This document shows, piece by piece, positions 26,626 to 42,969 of a stretch of DNA of 64,000 nt. Position 1 is the first letter of the stretch. Each line of letters begins with the position of its first letter. Position numbers and translations under genes: made by a program. This stretch comes from the human T2T-CHM13v2.0 reference genome, Homo sapiens: NCBI RefSeq assembly GCF_009914755.1, contig NC_060941.1, one strand, 5' to 3'. The notes below the pieces were generated by a model, which did no database searches, was not told where the DNA came from, and was given only the letters and a program-made list of their open reading frames with translations.

Positions 26626-26655
26626 AAGGCTCCTGAGTGAGAATGTTTTTTCTGC
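26561..26655 (+). terminator. Polyadenylation signal region
   Basis: TGTA (CFIm) at 26561, AATAAA at 26598-26603, downstream U-rich 'tgttttttc' at ~26644. Confidence 0.85.
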
Positions 26656-26735
26656 CCCTGAAGTGCAGTTCTTTGGGCCTCGGGACAGGTTGGGGTCAGC
26701 TGCAGGTGGGCAAGAAGCATGGGCAAGAAAAGGTA

Positions 26736-27033
26736 GGCCGGGTGCGGTGGCTCACGCCTGTAATCCCAGCACTTTGGGAGACTGAGGCAGTTGGATCACA
26801 AGGTGAGGAATTTGAGACCAGCCTGGCCAATATGGTGAAACCCCGTTTCTACTAAAAATACGAAAATTAGCTGGGCATGGTGGTGGGCGCCTGTAGTCCC
26901 AGCCACTCGGGAGGCTGAGGCAGAAGAATCGCTTGAACCCCGGGAGGTAGAGGTTGCAGTGAGCCAAGATCATGCCACTGCACTCCAGCCTGGGCGACAG
27001 AGCAAGATGCCATCTCAAAAAAAAAAAAAAAAA
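26736..27033 (+). mobile_element. AluS
   Basis: Full Alu; TSD AAGAAAAGGTA on both sides. Confidence 0.95.
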
Positions 27034-27231
27034 GAAAAGGTAAGGCCAGGTCAGATCTCGAATTCAGACTCCCAAGATTTGAAACTAACAAACTCCCTGA
27101 GAACTTATAATTCCAGAGCACTGTGAAGAGTGAGAATAGCATCAAGGCGATTGCTGGGGCGTTGTTTAATCTACCTGGGGTAAAAGTTCCCAGGGCTTGA
27201 GAAGCACTCAGCGGAGATGACTGAAAAGTGA

Positions 27232-27617
<386 letters not shown>

Positions 27618-27861
27618 GACAGTAAGTTTTTCTTTTAGAAATTTATATTAGATTGAACTCCAGACTGGTCAGTATTTGACAGTTGTTTTATGCCAACCTA
27701 ACTCATTCCAAGAGAACTTGATTCCAAATAGATTAGAAGTCAGAGCCTTGGCTGAGTGAGCTTTTCTTTGCAGGTGAGCTTAGGAAGTAAGGTTCAGGGA
27801 GCTCTGGTCCGTATGCCCTTTGCGTGTCCAGAAGGGCCTCACCCGGATCCCTTCTCCCACG

Positions 27862-28272
27862 TGTATTAGTGCCCTGCAGCTGCCTTAACAGATGACCATG
27901 CAGCAGGGCTGAAAACAGCGGAAATTTATTCTCACAGTTCTAGAGGCCAGAGGTCTGAGATCCAGGTGTCCCAGGGCCTCGCTCCCTCCAAAGGCTCTAG
28001 AGGAGGTTCCTCTCTCCTCCCCCAGCTCCTGCTGGCCACTTCACCCCATCTCTGCCTCCGTCTTCACAGCCTTCTCTCTCTCTGTCCTGGAGGGTCAAGA
28101 GGGCCAAGAGGGCACTCTTCCAGGACTGAGGGCCCACCTTGATTCAGTTCGATCTCATTTAGATCCTCACCTTCATGACATCTGCAAAGACGCTCTTTTG
28201 AAATCAGGTCACATTCTAAGGTCTGAATGGATGAGAATTTGGTGAGGTGGGAGACACGGTTGGACCCCCTAC
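27862..28272 (-). mobile_element. MLT1 LTR
   Basis: 'tgtattagt...ctcacagttctagaggccagaggtctgagatccaggtgtc...acatctgcaaagac'. Confidence 0.8.
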
Positions 28273-29501
28273 ATCCCCTTCCGCCCCGCTGTTTCAGGAC
28301 CTCCAGGACAACATGGGCAGCAGAGTGGTGGGTGGGAAAGCCCTAATTTGGGACTCGGAAGGTCTGGGTTCCAGGGTGACTCTGCCACCAAAACTTGGGG
28401 TTGTCTCAGCCTCTCTGGGCACCCCCTGGCTCTTCTGCCAGGCACCTGACTTCTGCATGTTTTGGAGAAAGCAGACAGGTTCCTCTCTCAATGAACTGAT
28501 AGGCGTTGGCCCAGTGGAGCCTCTGTGCCATGGGCCGGTGTCTGCCATGAGCACAGGCAGGTTGAGAGTCAGGTCAGCCCCTGTGGGCGGCTGCCAGCCT
28601 GCAGCCTGATTCCAAAAGAGGGTCTTTGCAGATGTCATTAAGGTAAGGATCTAAATAATCACTAAGGCCCTTCCAGCTGTGATGGCTTTGTCCATCCCCC
28701 ATCTGAAGTTCCTGGCAGTCCCTCTGCCTTGAAGCCCTCTTCCTACAGACTGAAGTGTCTCCATTTTCACCCCCAATTTCCATCCTTGCACACAGGGAGC
28801 CTGTCCAGCGGCTGCCCTCTTTGGGACCGACCACCCTCTCCAAGTCCTGGCCTCAGAACTCCAGCTCCTCCCCACTTGGCCAGCATGATCCTCCCAGGCG
28901 TCTCGTGCCTCTAAGCCATACCCAGCCAGCCCCCTGCCCCCTACGCCATGGTCATCTCATTGACCAGACCAACCCCGGTACCCAGCCACCCTGCACGGCC
29001 CATCCAGCGATGCTGGCAGGGAGGGCCTCCTGCCACCCAACCAAGCAAGTCTCCTGCTGTAGAACCAGAGTGACCACTGTTACAATTTGCCTGAAAATGA
29101 GCGCTTTCCAAGCACACAGGACTTTCAGTGCTAAAATCAGGAGAGTCCTGGGCAAAGTGGACAAGTTGGCCACTCTGGGTGGGATCCCCGTGCCACCCCG
29201 CCGCTTCTCCTGCCTCTGGGAGCCCTGGCCTCTACACTTGTTCAACCCCAGAGGTTCTGAAGGAGCTGCATGGACCAGGCTGTCCCCAAGGAGAGACCCA
29301 GGGAGAGCAGGAAGGCCCCAAGAACAGGCACCATTCTCACACTGGCTCTGAGCTCCTGCGTGGGAAGTGGGGAATCTCGTGGGGGCTGTGGAGACCTTGT
29401 GTCCCTGCTTCCTCTCCTGCTCCAGGCGGCAAGGTTTGAAGCCAGGAAAGAAAGTAAAATCAACAAGCAGGCTTTGGGCTTTTCCGGACCCAGCCTTGTA
29501 G

Positions 29502-30359
<858 letters not shown>

Positions 30360-31654
30360 TGAGGTTCTCTAGGTAGGTGGAAAGGTAGGTGGAGCAGGCT
30401 TCAAGAGCAGAACCCAGCAGAGCGCCCCGGCTTCCTCCCATCGCCCTCCTACTCCCTCTCCTCCCCTCTCCTCCCCTCCCCTCCCATCCTTTTGGAAGCA
30501 AGGAGGGGAGAGGCTTCCACCGAAGTTGGGCCCAGCTCAGGTGTCCTGAGTGGTGGGAATCTGTGCAGGGCCCAGGCGCATTTCCTGCCCGGGAGCAGGA
30601 ATGCTTTACAGATGTTGGAGCTGCCTCAAGGCATGGCCAGGAGGGGCCGGAGAAGCAGAACCAGCTGCATAGGGGATGCTGGGCTGGTGCCTGCACATGG
30701 AACAGTCATTGATTAAAATGTCACTTGTAAGGTGCCTAAATCTTCGGGTCCTCCTCCTTGGAGAGTCCCAGGTAAGCTGCGTTCCCTGGGCTGATTCCAG
30801 GCTGGGCCAGGCGGGGCTGGGCTGCAGACCTCTGGGGACTGCCTACCCAACCCCACACCACCAGGCTCCCTGCTCCTCCTGAAGGCCTTGGCCTTCAGTA
30901 AAATGCAAAAAGTTAAATGCTCTGGGTTTTCTCTGATAATAGAAGCAATGCCTGTCCATTGTAGAATGTTGGGAAAATAGAGAAGAGCAAGAGCAACAAC
31001 AGGCACGGAACTCCACCCCTGCCGGTCAGCCTGCCTGTGCGTGGGAGTTAAAACAAAACGCTTCTGCAAACATTTGGTTTTTTTTGTTTTTCCAAAATTA
31101 AGCTCCGATTGTGCATATCACTTGATAATCGAAATTATTTTTTGAAAAATAATTTTAATAGCTATGCAGTACTCCATCCTGTCAACATATGGAATGAAAT
31201 GATGATTTCTAAATTCTTACTCTTGTCACCTGGGCTGCAGTTGGAGGCCTGGTGGGGGTCCGTGCGGCGACTGGCTGGGCCGTCCCTGTCCCTCCTCCCA
31301 GATGACAGAGGTGCCTGGTGTTTGGCAAACTCACTTAGAAGGAGCAAGAAGCAACTGGGATGGCTCAGAAGCCCATGGTGGAATAGTCTGTTGTAAACGA
31401 AGAGACAAGAGGAGGCCGAGGACTGGTTTCCCCTTCTCCTTCCCGCTCCCAGCCCTCCCCTCTTTCCCATCGAGTCTCTGGTCTCTGCCTTCAGGCCCAT
31501 GGATGGGCAAAGCATCTTTCGAGAGCTTGCCTGCCAACCCTCAGAGTCACATACACGAAGGTCTCCTGGAGCTCAGAAGGTCAGGCACAAAGTCACTCCT
31601 TGACCCTATTTATTGAAATATCCGTTTTTTTGAGCACTTTTCCCGTGTAGACTC

Positions 31655-32272
<618 letters not shown>

Positions 32273-33634
32273 CAGCTTGGCATTTCTTGAATTTGGGTCC
32301 ATGTGAAAGAGTCCAGGAGGTCATTCCTCACAGATCGCTTATTGAGGAACCCCTCAGAGGTCAGAGTGGGGGTAGGTGAGGGGAGAGAGGGGCTGAAGGG
32401 AGATGCAAGGGGCCCCTGGGATGGCTGGTGTCAGTCCCAGGCCCGGGGACACAGCCAGGTGGAGAGAACGTGCGATCGGAGCCCAGGGGCTGGGCTAGAG
32501 GCCTGCTTTGCTGTGTGTGCTTGGGCCTGGGGTTAACGGTTGGAGCCTCAGTGAGCTCATCTGACAGATGGGGATGAGGACCAGCATGTAGTCATCATTC
32601 AACACTGTGGGGGAGAGAGGCAAGAAGGAGCCCCCCGGGGCGGGATGAATTCTGACCCAAGCCAAGAGCCACCGTGGGGCCAGTGCCCACCTGCACCAGG
32701 TTCTATATCCGCCATCACATTAGCTCCCCCGAGAGCCCTGAAGGGTGGGCCGCGCCTGCTCCTTTTCCGGGTCCACTGAGCGGCTCTGGAGCCCGGGTTT
32801 GTGTTTAGCCGAGGCTCTCCCCGCTGCACCCTCTGCCTTCTGCTCCCAGCAGGGCGCTGCAGCATCGTCCGGTTTTAACAGGGTGAGGCGGCTCCCACAG
32901 ACATGTGATGCAGAAAGTCCTCGACACCCCCAGCCAGCTCTCCGTGGGTCCAGTCCAGGGCCCTGCCCCACGGCGCCCACTGCTGCTTCCAGGCAAGCCT
33001 CAGATTCCACTGGGATTCGGAGAAGTTGCAGCTGATTCAATGCTGAGAGCCCATCAGAGAAAACATCTTCCTTCCCTTTCAAAGAGGACAGCTATGCATA
33101 ATCAGAATACAAAGGGGTATAAATAATTAAAGCGGCCCAGAGTGAGTGGTTCTTGAACCATCTGCCTGATTTACAAACTAATTACTCAGAGGCTGGTCGC
33201 TGCACGGGAGCTGTGCACGCTCCTCAGGACGCTCACCGCCTCCTCTTCGGGCACCAGGGGTGGCGGCATCGGCCTGATCAGCCAGTCCTGGCACGTAGAG
33301 CAGTGCCACGGCCTCCTCCATCTCCCTGATTAATAACTTCATCAGAGCCCGGGACCAGAAGGAAATGTAAGTCCTCTGAAGGAAACGGCCACACGGAGGA
33401 GCCAGCAGCAGTCTCTCCCAGCAGATGAGCTGGGAGGTGGGGACCCAGTCTCAGGCAGGTGAGTGGAGCCCCAGATTCAACCCAAGGGATGACCCATTAC
33501 AGGGGCTCAGCAGGACCTAAGGATCTTTACTCTTTATCTAAGGGTCCAAGGCACACTCTCCGCATACACCCATCACCGTGTCCCTGGAGGGAGGGAATTG
33601 GATCTCTGCTCTGATTCTTCTGCAAGAAGAATCA

Positions 33635-33775
33635 CCAGGCGTGGTGGCTCGCAACTGTGGTCCCAGCCACTCAGAGGGCTGAGACAGGAGGATCACTTGA
33701 GCCCAGGAGTTCGAGGCTGCAGTGAGATATGGCCACACCACTGCACTCCAGCCTGGGCAACGGGCTGACCCTGTC
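33635..33775 (+). mobile_element. Alu right monomer (FRAM-like)
   Basis: Single arm ending 'cactgcactccagcctgggcaac'. Confidence 0.8.
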
Positions 33776-34904
33776 CAGTCTACATGGGAAAAGTGCTCAA
33801 AAGACAGACATTTCAATAATATAATAATAATAGTTATATTCTGCCCTGCAGGGGAGTTGAGGAATCCTGCAGGAAGCCCCTCTCCTCATCCAGCCCCCAT
33901 CCCTTGCCCTTCCCTACTCCTCTTCCTTGGAGACTTGCCTGGACCGTCAGCCCCTGCACAGCAGCCTGGGAATGGGGCAGGGTGGGGTCAGGGGACAGAA
34001 AGACCCTGTCCTAGAACAATGAACCCTGACATTTGCTTGGCACAGATTCTCATCCTTGTGTTCCCTCTGAAGAGGGCACATCAGGGGCTGCTGCTCCACT
34101 TCACAGATGAGGAAAGAGAGGTCAAGAAGGTTCAAAGTCATGCAGTGGAGAGTGTGGAGGTGACCTGGACTCCAGACTTCCTCCTTCGGGAGCTTTATGT
34201 TCGGGTGCTGCTTGGGGACAGCTCTTCCTATGCCCCCACCTTCTCTGGAAGGCAGCCAGGACTGAAGCACGGCCACCTCACAACACATCATGCTGGGACA
34301 TGTAGGGTCTCAGAGTGAGGTATGTGTGTGCATGAGTGTGTTTATGAGTGCGCATGTGAGAATTCCGATAAATGCACACACCCTCACAGCACAAGATGTG
34401 GGGAAAGACATAGGGTCCAAAACAGCCCACCAGGCTGTGCCTTGTGTTTGTGGGTTTAGCCCTGAGTGGGGAGGTGTTGAGATTAGCTGCACTCTTGGAT
34501 GAGGGTGGAGAGGTGCTGCCACTGCCACTGCATGGCACCCAGCTGTGAGATGACCCCTCTGTTGGCACAGGCAGAGTTACAAAATCAGCATTGCAAAACT
34601 GAGGAATGGGAACCAGGGACATCCATCTACACACATCAAAATGGTTAAAGGGGAAAAACAAACACGCTGTCCATTTGCAAACTGCCTGCAGTTAAGCCCT
34701 CAGTGAGTCAACCCTTCAAGGTGGCATCAGCAGGGGAGAAAATTTCAGCTCCAGGCTCTCTGGGTTTTTCTTATCTCCACTGTACTTTCCTAAAGCCTGA
34801 TTTCTTTTAGGTAATGCGCATCCTCCTCTCTCCATCATATTTTCTTTGTAAGCTCTTAGACTGTGTTCATTTGCAAAGGTCATCAAAGGGCAGTTTTCTC
34901 TGGA

Positions 34905-35110
34905 GCTGGTTTTGAATCCTGGTTCTTCTACTTACCAGCTGAGTGACTTCAGATGGGTGACTTAACCTGGGTCCATGCCTCAGTTTCTCCATCTATAAAA
35001 TGGTAACAACAGTACCCAATTCACAGGATTGTTATGATTAAATGAGTTAGTTCACGTGAAGCACTTACAACAGTGTCTAGCCAATGAGTGTTTCATAGAT
35101 GTGAGCCATC
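34905..35110 (+). mobile_element. MIR (near full length)
   Basis: 'tttgaatcctgg...cctcagtttctccatctataaaatgg...gattaaatgag...aagcacttac'. Confidence 0.85.
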
Positions 35111-36128
35111 ATTATCACCATTGACATCACCGCCACCATCATCATCACCATCATCATCATCACTGTAATCACTATCAACATTACCATCATCACCCTCACT
35201 ATCATTATCATCACTATCACCATCACCATCAGTACCATCATCACCATGACCATCATCATCACCATCTCCATCATCATCATCATTGTTATCATCACATCAT
35301 CAGTATCATCACTACTATGATCGCCATCATTACTACCATCATCCCTTCATTACCATCATCACCATCATTATCAGCATCACTATCATGATCATCACCATCA
35401 CCATCATCAATATCATTACTACTGTGATCACCATCACCACCACCATTATCCCATCATTATCATTTTCACTATCACCATCATCACCACTACCATCATTATC
35501 ATCTCATCACCATCATCAACACCATCACCATCATCATCATTACCATTACCATCATCACCGTCACTATTATTACCATTATCATCATCACCATCACCATGAT
35601 CATCACCATTACCATCATCACCATCTCCCTCATTATCATCATTATCATTATCATCACTTCATCAGTATCATCACTACTATGATCACCATCACCACTACCA
35701 TCATCCCATCATTATCACCATCATCCCATCATTATCATCATCACCATCACCATCATCAGTATCATCACTACTGTGATTACCATTACCACCATCATCCCAT
35801 CATTATTTCTGTCACCATCATTATCACCACAACCATCATCATCACCATCATCATCACCACCATCACCATCATCATCACCACCATCATTAGCATCACGATC
35901 ATCACCATCATCACCACCATCACCATCATCTCCATGAACATCACCATCACCACCATTACCATCATCATCACTACTACTACCTTACCATCCATGTAACGTA
36001 CCTACTGCCTTACCTAGCACCATCAATGTCACCATAATTATTATCATCACCATCACCATCATCATCACGATTATCACCACAACCATCAATATCATCGTCA
36101 TTTTCTCCATCATCACCATCAACAACAT
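35107..36128. repeat. ~1.0 kb (CAT/CAC)n simple-repeat array
   Basis: Direct reading of sequence. Confidence 0.95.
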
Positions 36129-36912
36129 CCTGAAACTGAAATAAAGAAAAAGGCCCTGCTGTGGCCTCATCTTGCTCCTCTGCTCTGGAATCAGAAGGAG
36201 TAAAAACCAGCCAAGTGGAGGGCAGAGCTGACAGCAAAGGAGAAGCTGGGCTGTTTGCTGCCCAGGCCTGGCTGGCACCCCTCCTCCTGGGACGTAGCAA
36301 CTTTCTGAGCATGTCCTCAGTACGAGGCTTCCCTGCACTGCTTCTCCCTGAATGTTCACAATAGTCCCACGGGGCAGGTGCCATCACGGTGAAGTTGAGG
36401 TACAGAGAGGTCAAGGAGCTTGGCCAGGGTGCACAGCTGGTGAGGGACTGAGTCAGGATGTAAAACACTGTCTGATCTGTGGTCCAGTGGCATCCACTGC
36501 ACTTCACTGCCCACAGTAGGGGTGGGGGTGGGGGTGGCAGGCTCCCTGTTGCCTCAGACTGAAGAAGTGCTCAAGGCTGGCTCTGTGTACTGGGACCTCT
36601 CTCCTGGGCCATGAACCACAGCATCTATTTTTAAATGTGGAGCACCTATTCACGGAGGCAGCACCATGCTGGGCCCTGGAGGAACAAAGCAGGCAAATAA
36701 GTCAGGACTCTGAACCTGTGGGCGGCCGGTTGGGTGGGGAGGACAGACATGTACACAGAGCATCATAATACAATGAAGCCAGTGCCATGACAGAGGTACA
36801 TGGGGGCCACCGGGGAAGGTTCCCAGAGGAGGGGCACCTACCCTTGTTGGCAGGGCCAGTGCTGAGTGTCAGTTACGCCCTTTATATTCTTTATAAATTA
36901 CACAATCTTAGA

Positions 36913-37201
36913 TTTTTTTTTTTTTGAGACAGAGTCTCACTCTGTTGTCCAGGCTGGAGTGCAATGGCGCAATCTCACCTCACTGTAACCTCCGCCTCCT
37001 GGGTTCAAGCATTCTCCTGCCTTGGCCTCCTGGGTAGCTGGGATTACAGGCACATGCCACCCCGCCTGGCTAATTTTTGTAGTTTTTAGTAGAGATGGGG
37101 TTTCACCATGTTGGTCTGGTCTTGAACTCCTGACCTCGTGATCCACCCACCTTGGCCTCCCAAAGTGCTGGGATTACAGGTGTGAGCCACCGTGCCCTGC
37201 C
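36913..37201 (-). mobile_element. AluS
   Basis: Antisense Alu. Confidence 0.93.
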
Positions 37202-37244
37202 TCAGATACTTCTTTATAGTAGTGTGAAAATGGACTAATACAGT

Positions 37245-38050
37245 ATGCATTCATTGAGTTTCTTGGATCTATTGGCTGATCTTTTTAGATTTTGGAAAAT
37301 TCTCAACAACTATTCCTCAAATATTTACTCTGCCTTATGCTCCTTTTCTTCTCTTTCTGGTGCTCCAATTTCATGTATGTTAATATTTTTCCACAGTTCT
37401 TCAACACTCTGTTCTTTTTTAAATTTTTATTTTGTTAATTATTTTTCTGTTTGAATTTTAGTTTGGATAATTTCTATTGACTAGTCTTTAAGATCCTTTC
37501 AGTTTTATTGATCTTTTCTTCTACTGTGTTCAATCTGCTGTTAAACCCATCAAACAAACTCTTTGTATCTAATATTACAGTTTTCATCTCTAGAATTTCC
37601 ATTTGGTTATTTTATAGTTTCCATTTCTGTGCTGAAATTTCCCGTCTGTTCACACATGCTGTCTACCTTTCCCACTAGATCTTTTAACATCTCTATTTTA
37701 GTTTATTTAAGGTCCTTGTCTAATAATTCCAACACTCAGTCATCTGTGGGTCTACTTCTATTGGTAATTTTTCCCCTGATTATTAGTCTCATTGCCCTGC
37801 TTCTTTGCATGTCTTGCAATTTTTTTAGTCTGAAATGTAGTATATTTTTTAAAAAGTAGTGCCTATAGTAAGTATATGTCTCCTGGAAAAAGAATGTACC
37901 CTTCTTCTATTGGGCCATTAGTGTGAGGGACTGAGTCAATCTAATATGCAGTTGACTTGGATCTGGGCTTTAGTGAAGCTTCAGTTAAAGTCACTTAACC
38001 ACTCACTTCAAATGTTTTGAAAGTAGGATCAGGTCTTTCCCTTAAGTAAG
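37245..38050 (-). mobile_element. Old L1M fragment
   Basis: T-rich antisense L1-like sequence ('aatctgctgttaaacccatc...ctctagaatttccatttgg'). Confidence 0.6.
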
Positions 38051-39419
38051 TGTTTGAGAGAGAAGAGGACAGTATGAAAAACGTAATATGTGCCTGTATT
38101 AGAAAGGTCAGAGGGCTTTGAGGATGTAAACATGGTGTATAAAGGTGAGTGTTGTTAAACAGGATATTGCAACAGTGCAGAGATGGGTGGTAACTTTCAG
38201 AGGATGAAAGATCTTATTCTTGAAGCTTTCAGCTGGGAATGGTAAAAATAATAACAGATACTATCCTGATGAAGGGCATTCTGGGCCTGAACCCAATCAC
38301 TTCAAAGACCCTGAAAGAATTCTCAGGATTCCATAGCAATTGGCCATAGGCCACTGCTGCTTCCACATATGAAAAAAATGCTAACATCCCAGTCCTACTT
38401 CCAAACCCCAGCACAGGCTGTATTGCCCCCCAGGGTAATTTAACACCAGAAAACAAAAACTTCATTGGTCCTGGTCCAGATTTCTGTGTCCTGGCCTCGC
38501 CCATAAAGGGGGCTCCCATTAGCTAACCTGCTCAGCTCCCCGCCACACTTCCCACAGAGCTTTCTAGCTTTTGTCAGCTCAAGGCAGCCCTTGAAAACTG
38601 TAGAATCTGAGGGGGTGTGTATCTAATAAAGTTGGAGCTCTGTAATTTAGCAATTACTGTAACCCACACTTGTAATTTAGGGGGTTTCTTGTAATTCTTT
38701 GTACTCTTTCTTTTTGAAAAAATATGCAGCCTTAATAGCTTCCTCTTTAATGCTCCAAAGGCCGATATTTGCCACTCCCCATCCCCTGTCAGCTGCAGAG
38801 CACAAAGAAGTGTGCAGATCGTGTTGAGGCTGCTTTTCAGGGATTAGAAAGTTTAATTTAATGCTCAGCATCTCCGAAAGGAAACCGAACTTGCTCCTTG
38901 TAATCGTGCATGTCTTCAAAGCTCTGAATTCCTCTTCTAGGTTGGTCATCAGTATGGATTAAAATCTGCTGAGAGGTGTAATCTACCCACCTTTCTACAT
39001 TCTACTATTAGGCCAGTCTCCTCACTGCTTCCTGAATGTGCTAGTGTTAATTTTGCTCATCTGTCTTTATTTGTGCAGTTACCTATTTGTTCATTTAAGA
39101 TTTTTTTTTCTTTTTTTGAGAACCTCTATGTGCTAGACTCTAGGCTCACTACCAGGAATCTAAGTCATAAAGGACAGGACAACCTCTGTCCAGGAGTTTG
39201 TAGTCTGGAAAGACAGATGACTCTATCATAACTACACTCAAGATATTAGGTGTGATGACAGAGCTGGCATAGAGGGTGATGGAAACCAGGGGGTGGCACC
39301 TAACTCAGACTGAGCTGTGAGAAGTAGCTATTTGGAAGCCAGGCTATGATGGTAAAAAGAGGCGAGAGAGGCAAAGCGTGGGAAAGAATGGTCCACAAAG
39401 CACACAGAGACTTGTGCTG

Positions 39420-40220
<801 letters not shown>

Positions 40221-40766
40221 AGTAAAAGAAGAAAAAAGAATCTGAATGTCTCTATCTTTTTACAGAGGGTTTTAATCCATTCGCATTATTTGTGAGTATT
40301 GAGATTGATGTTAGGACTTATTTCTGCTAACTTGCTTTATTTTTAAAACTATAGTTAACATACTTTCTTGTTATTTCTTATTTTCCTTAACAATAATAAA
40401 GTTTTGAATTCACGTCTAAATTCAACTGTGACTGTATCCTATTATTTTCTAAATAATCTACAATAGGTTTTGATTTCTTTGTTGACTTAATCATTATTAA
40501 AAGAAGGTTTTAAAATTTCCAAACCACTGAGTGTTTCTGTTAGGCTTTGTTAAAACTTGACCATTAATTTCTGTTTTTCCTATTTTAAACAATTGTGGTT
40601 AGGAAATGTAGACTGTGCTCTCACTGCTTTATAGAACAAGACAGAAAACAGACTGTTCTTGGATTAACAGATGTGTTGTTTTGGTTTATTCAGATGGCCT
40701 CAAAATGTCCTCTGTTGGTGAGAGGATTTTTAAAAATCGTTACATATAAGCCTTTTAATATCAAGG

Positions 40767-41115
40767 TATATTAGTCCAATTTTAATACTGCTATGAAGAA
40801 ATACCCAAAACTGGGTAATTTAGAAAGACAAAGAGGTTTAATGGACTCACAGTTCCACGTGGCTGGGGAGACCTCACAATCATGGAAGAAGGCAAAGGAG
40901 GAGCAAACGCACATCTCACATGGCAGCAGGCAAGACAGTGTGTGCAGATATCATGATATCTGATATCCTGAGACTTACTATCATGAGAACAGCACAGGAA
41001 TATCCCACCCCCATGATTCAATTACCTCCCACCGGGTCCCTCCCACAACACGTGGGGATTATGGGAGCTACAATTCAAGATGAGATTTGGGTGGGGACAC
41101 AGCCAAACCACATCA
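40767..41115 (-). mobile_element. THE1/MST solo LTR
   Basis: THE1 motifs ('gactcacagttccacgtggctgggga', 'gagatttgggtggggacacagccaaacc'); 5-bp TSD CAAGG at 40762-40766 and 41116-41120. Confidence 0.92.
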
Positions 41116-41595
41116 CAAGGCCAGCGACTTGCGTGTAATGGGTATTTAATTGTCAAAAATTCATACAGCCAAATAACATTTGCTACTAAAAGCTTGACTC
41201 TGTTTTGTGTTCCTGGACCACATGAACAGGGTGTATTTGCCTCTCCTCCTGGAAGGAGCTTGGTGCCTGGGTCCCATGTATCTTTAAATACATATTGCTT
41301 GCTTCAGCAAGCAAAGACAGCCCCTACCACCCTACTTTGCCACTGTCAGACTAAGGCAAATATAATGATCTCTTATTTGTGTCCTTGTTCCTTGTGTGGA
41401 AAACCCAAATGCAGCAAGAATGAAAAGTGTTAAAGGATTTTATGTGTTCAATGTATTTAGGCCATGTCAGCAGTAATACAAAATCAAGTGTATCTTTTTT
41501 AAAAATAGATATATTTAATGAGGGAAAAAAATCCATAAAACCACTATCAGGTATTAGAGCCAGATGTTATGATTCTGACTTTCAGACAGACCCTA

Positions 41596-42161
<566 letters not shown>

Positions 42162-42226
42162 CTATCTATATATTAGTTACCTATTGCTGCATTCAGCACA
42201 TAACAGCCAAAACAACAAACATTTCT

Positions 42227-42969
42227 TTGTTTTTTCTTAACTTTTATTTTAGGTTCAGGGTTATGTGTGCAGGTTTGTTATGTAAGTAAACTCATGTCAC
42301 GGGGGGTTGTCGTACAGATTATTTCATCACCCAGGTACTAAGCCTACTGCCCAATAGTCACTTTTTTCTGCTCCTCTCCCTCCTCCCACCCTTCATCCTC
42401 AAGTAGGTTCCAGTGTCTGCTATTCCCCTCTTTGTGTCCATGAGTTCTCATCATTTAGCTCCCACTAATAAGTGACAACAAGAGGTATTTGGTTTTCTGT
42501 TCCTACATTAGTTTGCTAAGGATAATGGCCTCCAGCTCCATTCATGCTCCCACAAAAGACACGATCGCATTCTTTTTTTATGGCTGCATAGCATTCCATG
42601 GTGTATCTGTACCACATTTTCTTCATCCAATCTGTCATTGATGAACATTTAGGTTGACTCCACGTCTTTGCTACTGTGAATAGTGCTGCAATGAACATTT
42701 GCATGCGTGCGTCTTTAGGGTACAATGATTTATATTCCTTTGGGTATATACCTTGTAATGGGATTGCTGGGTTGAATGGTAGTTCTGTTTTTAGCCCTTT
42801 GAGGAATCACCACACTGCTTTCCACAATGGTTGCATTAATTTACACTCCCACCAACAGTGTCTAAGTGTTCCCTTTTCTCTGCAGCCTCACGAGCATCAG
42901 CTGTTTTTCGACTTTTTAGTAACAGCCATTCTAACTGGTGTAAGATGGTATCTCATTGCGGTTTTGATT
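42227..42969 (-). mobile_element. L1PA/PB 3' end inserted in an MLT1 LTR (~42170-43415)
   Basis: Classic antisense L1 3' end; 16-bp TSD AACAACA[A/G]ACATTTCT at 42211 and 42970. Confidence 0.9.

Noticed and set aside
35283-35996. 237-aa His/Ile/Thr-rich ORF
   Set aside because: Translation of the (CAT/CAC)n array
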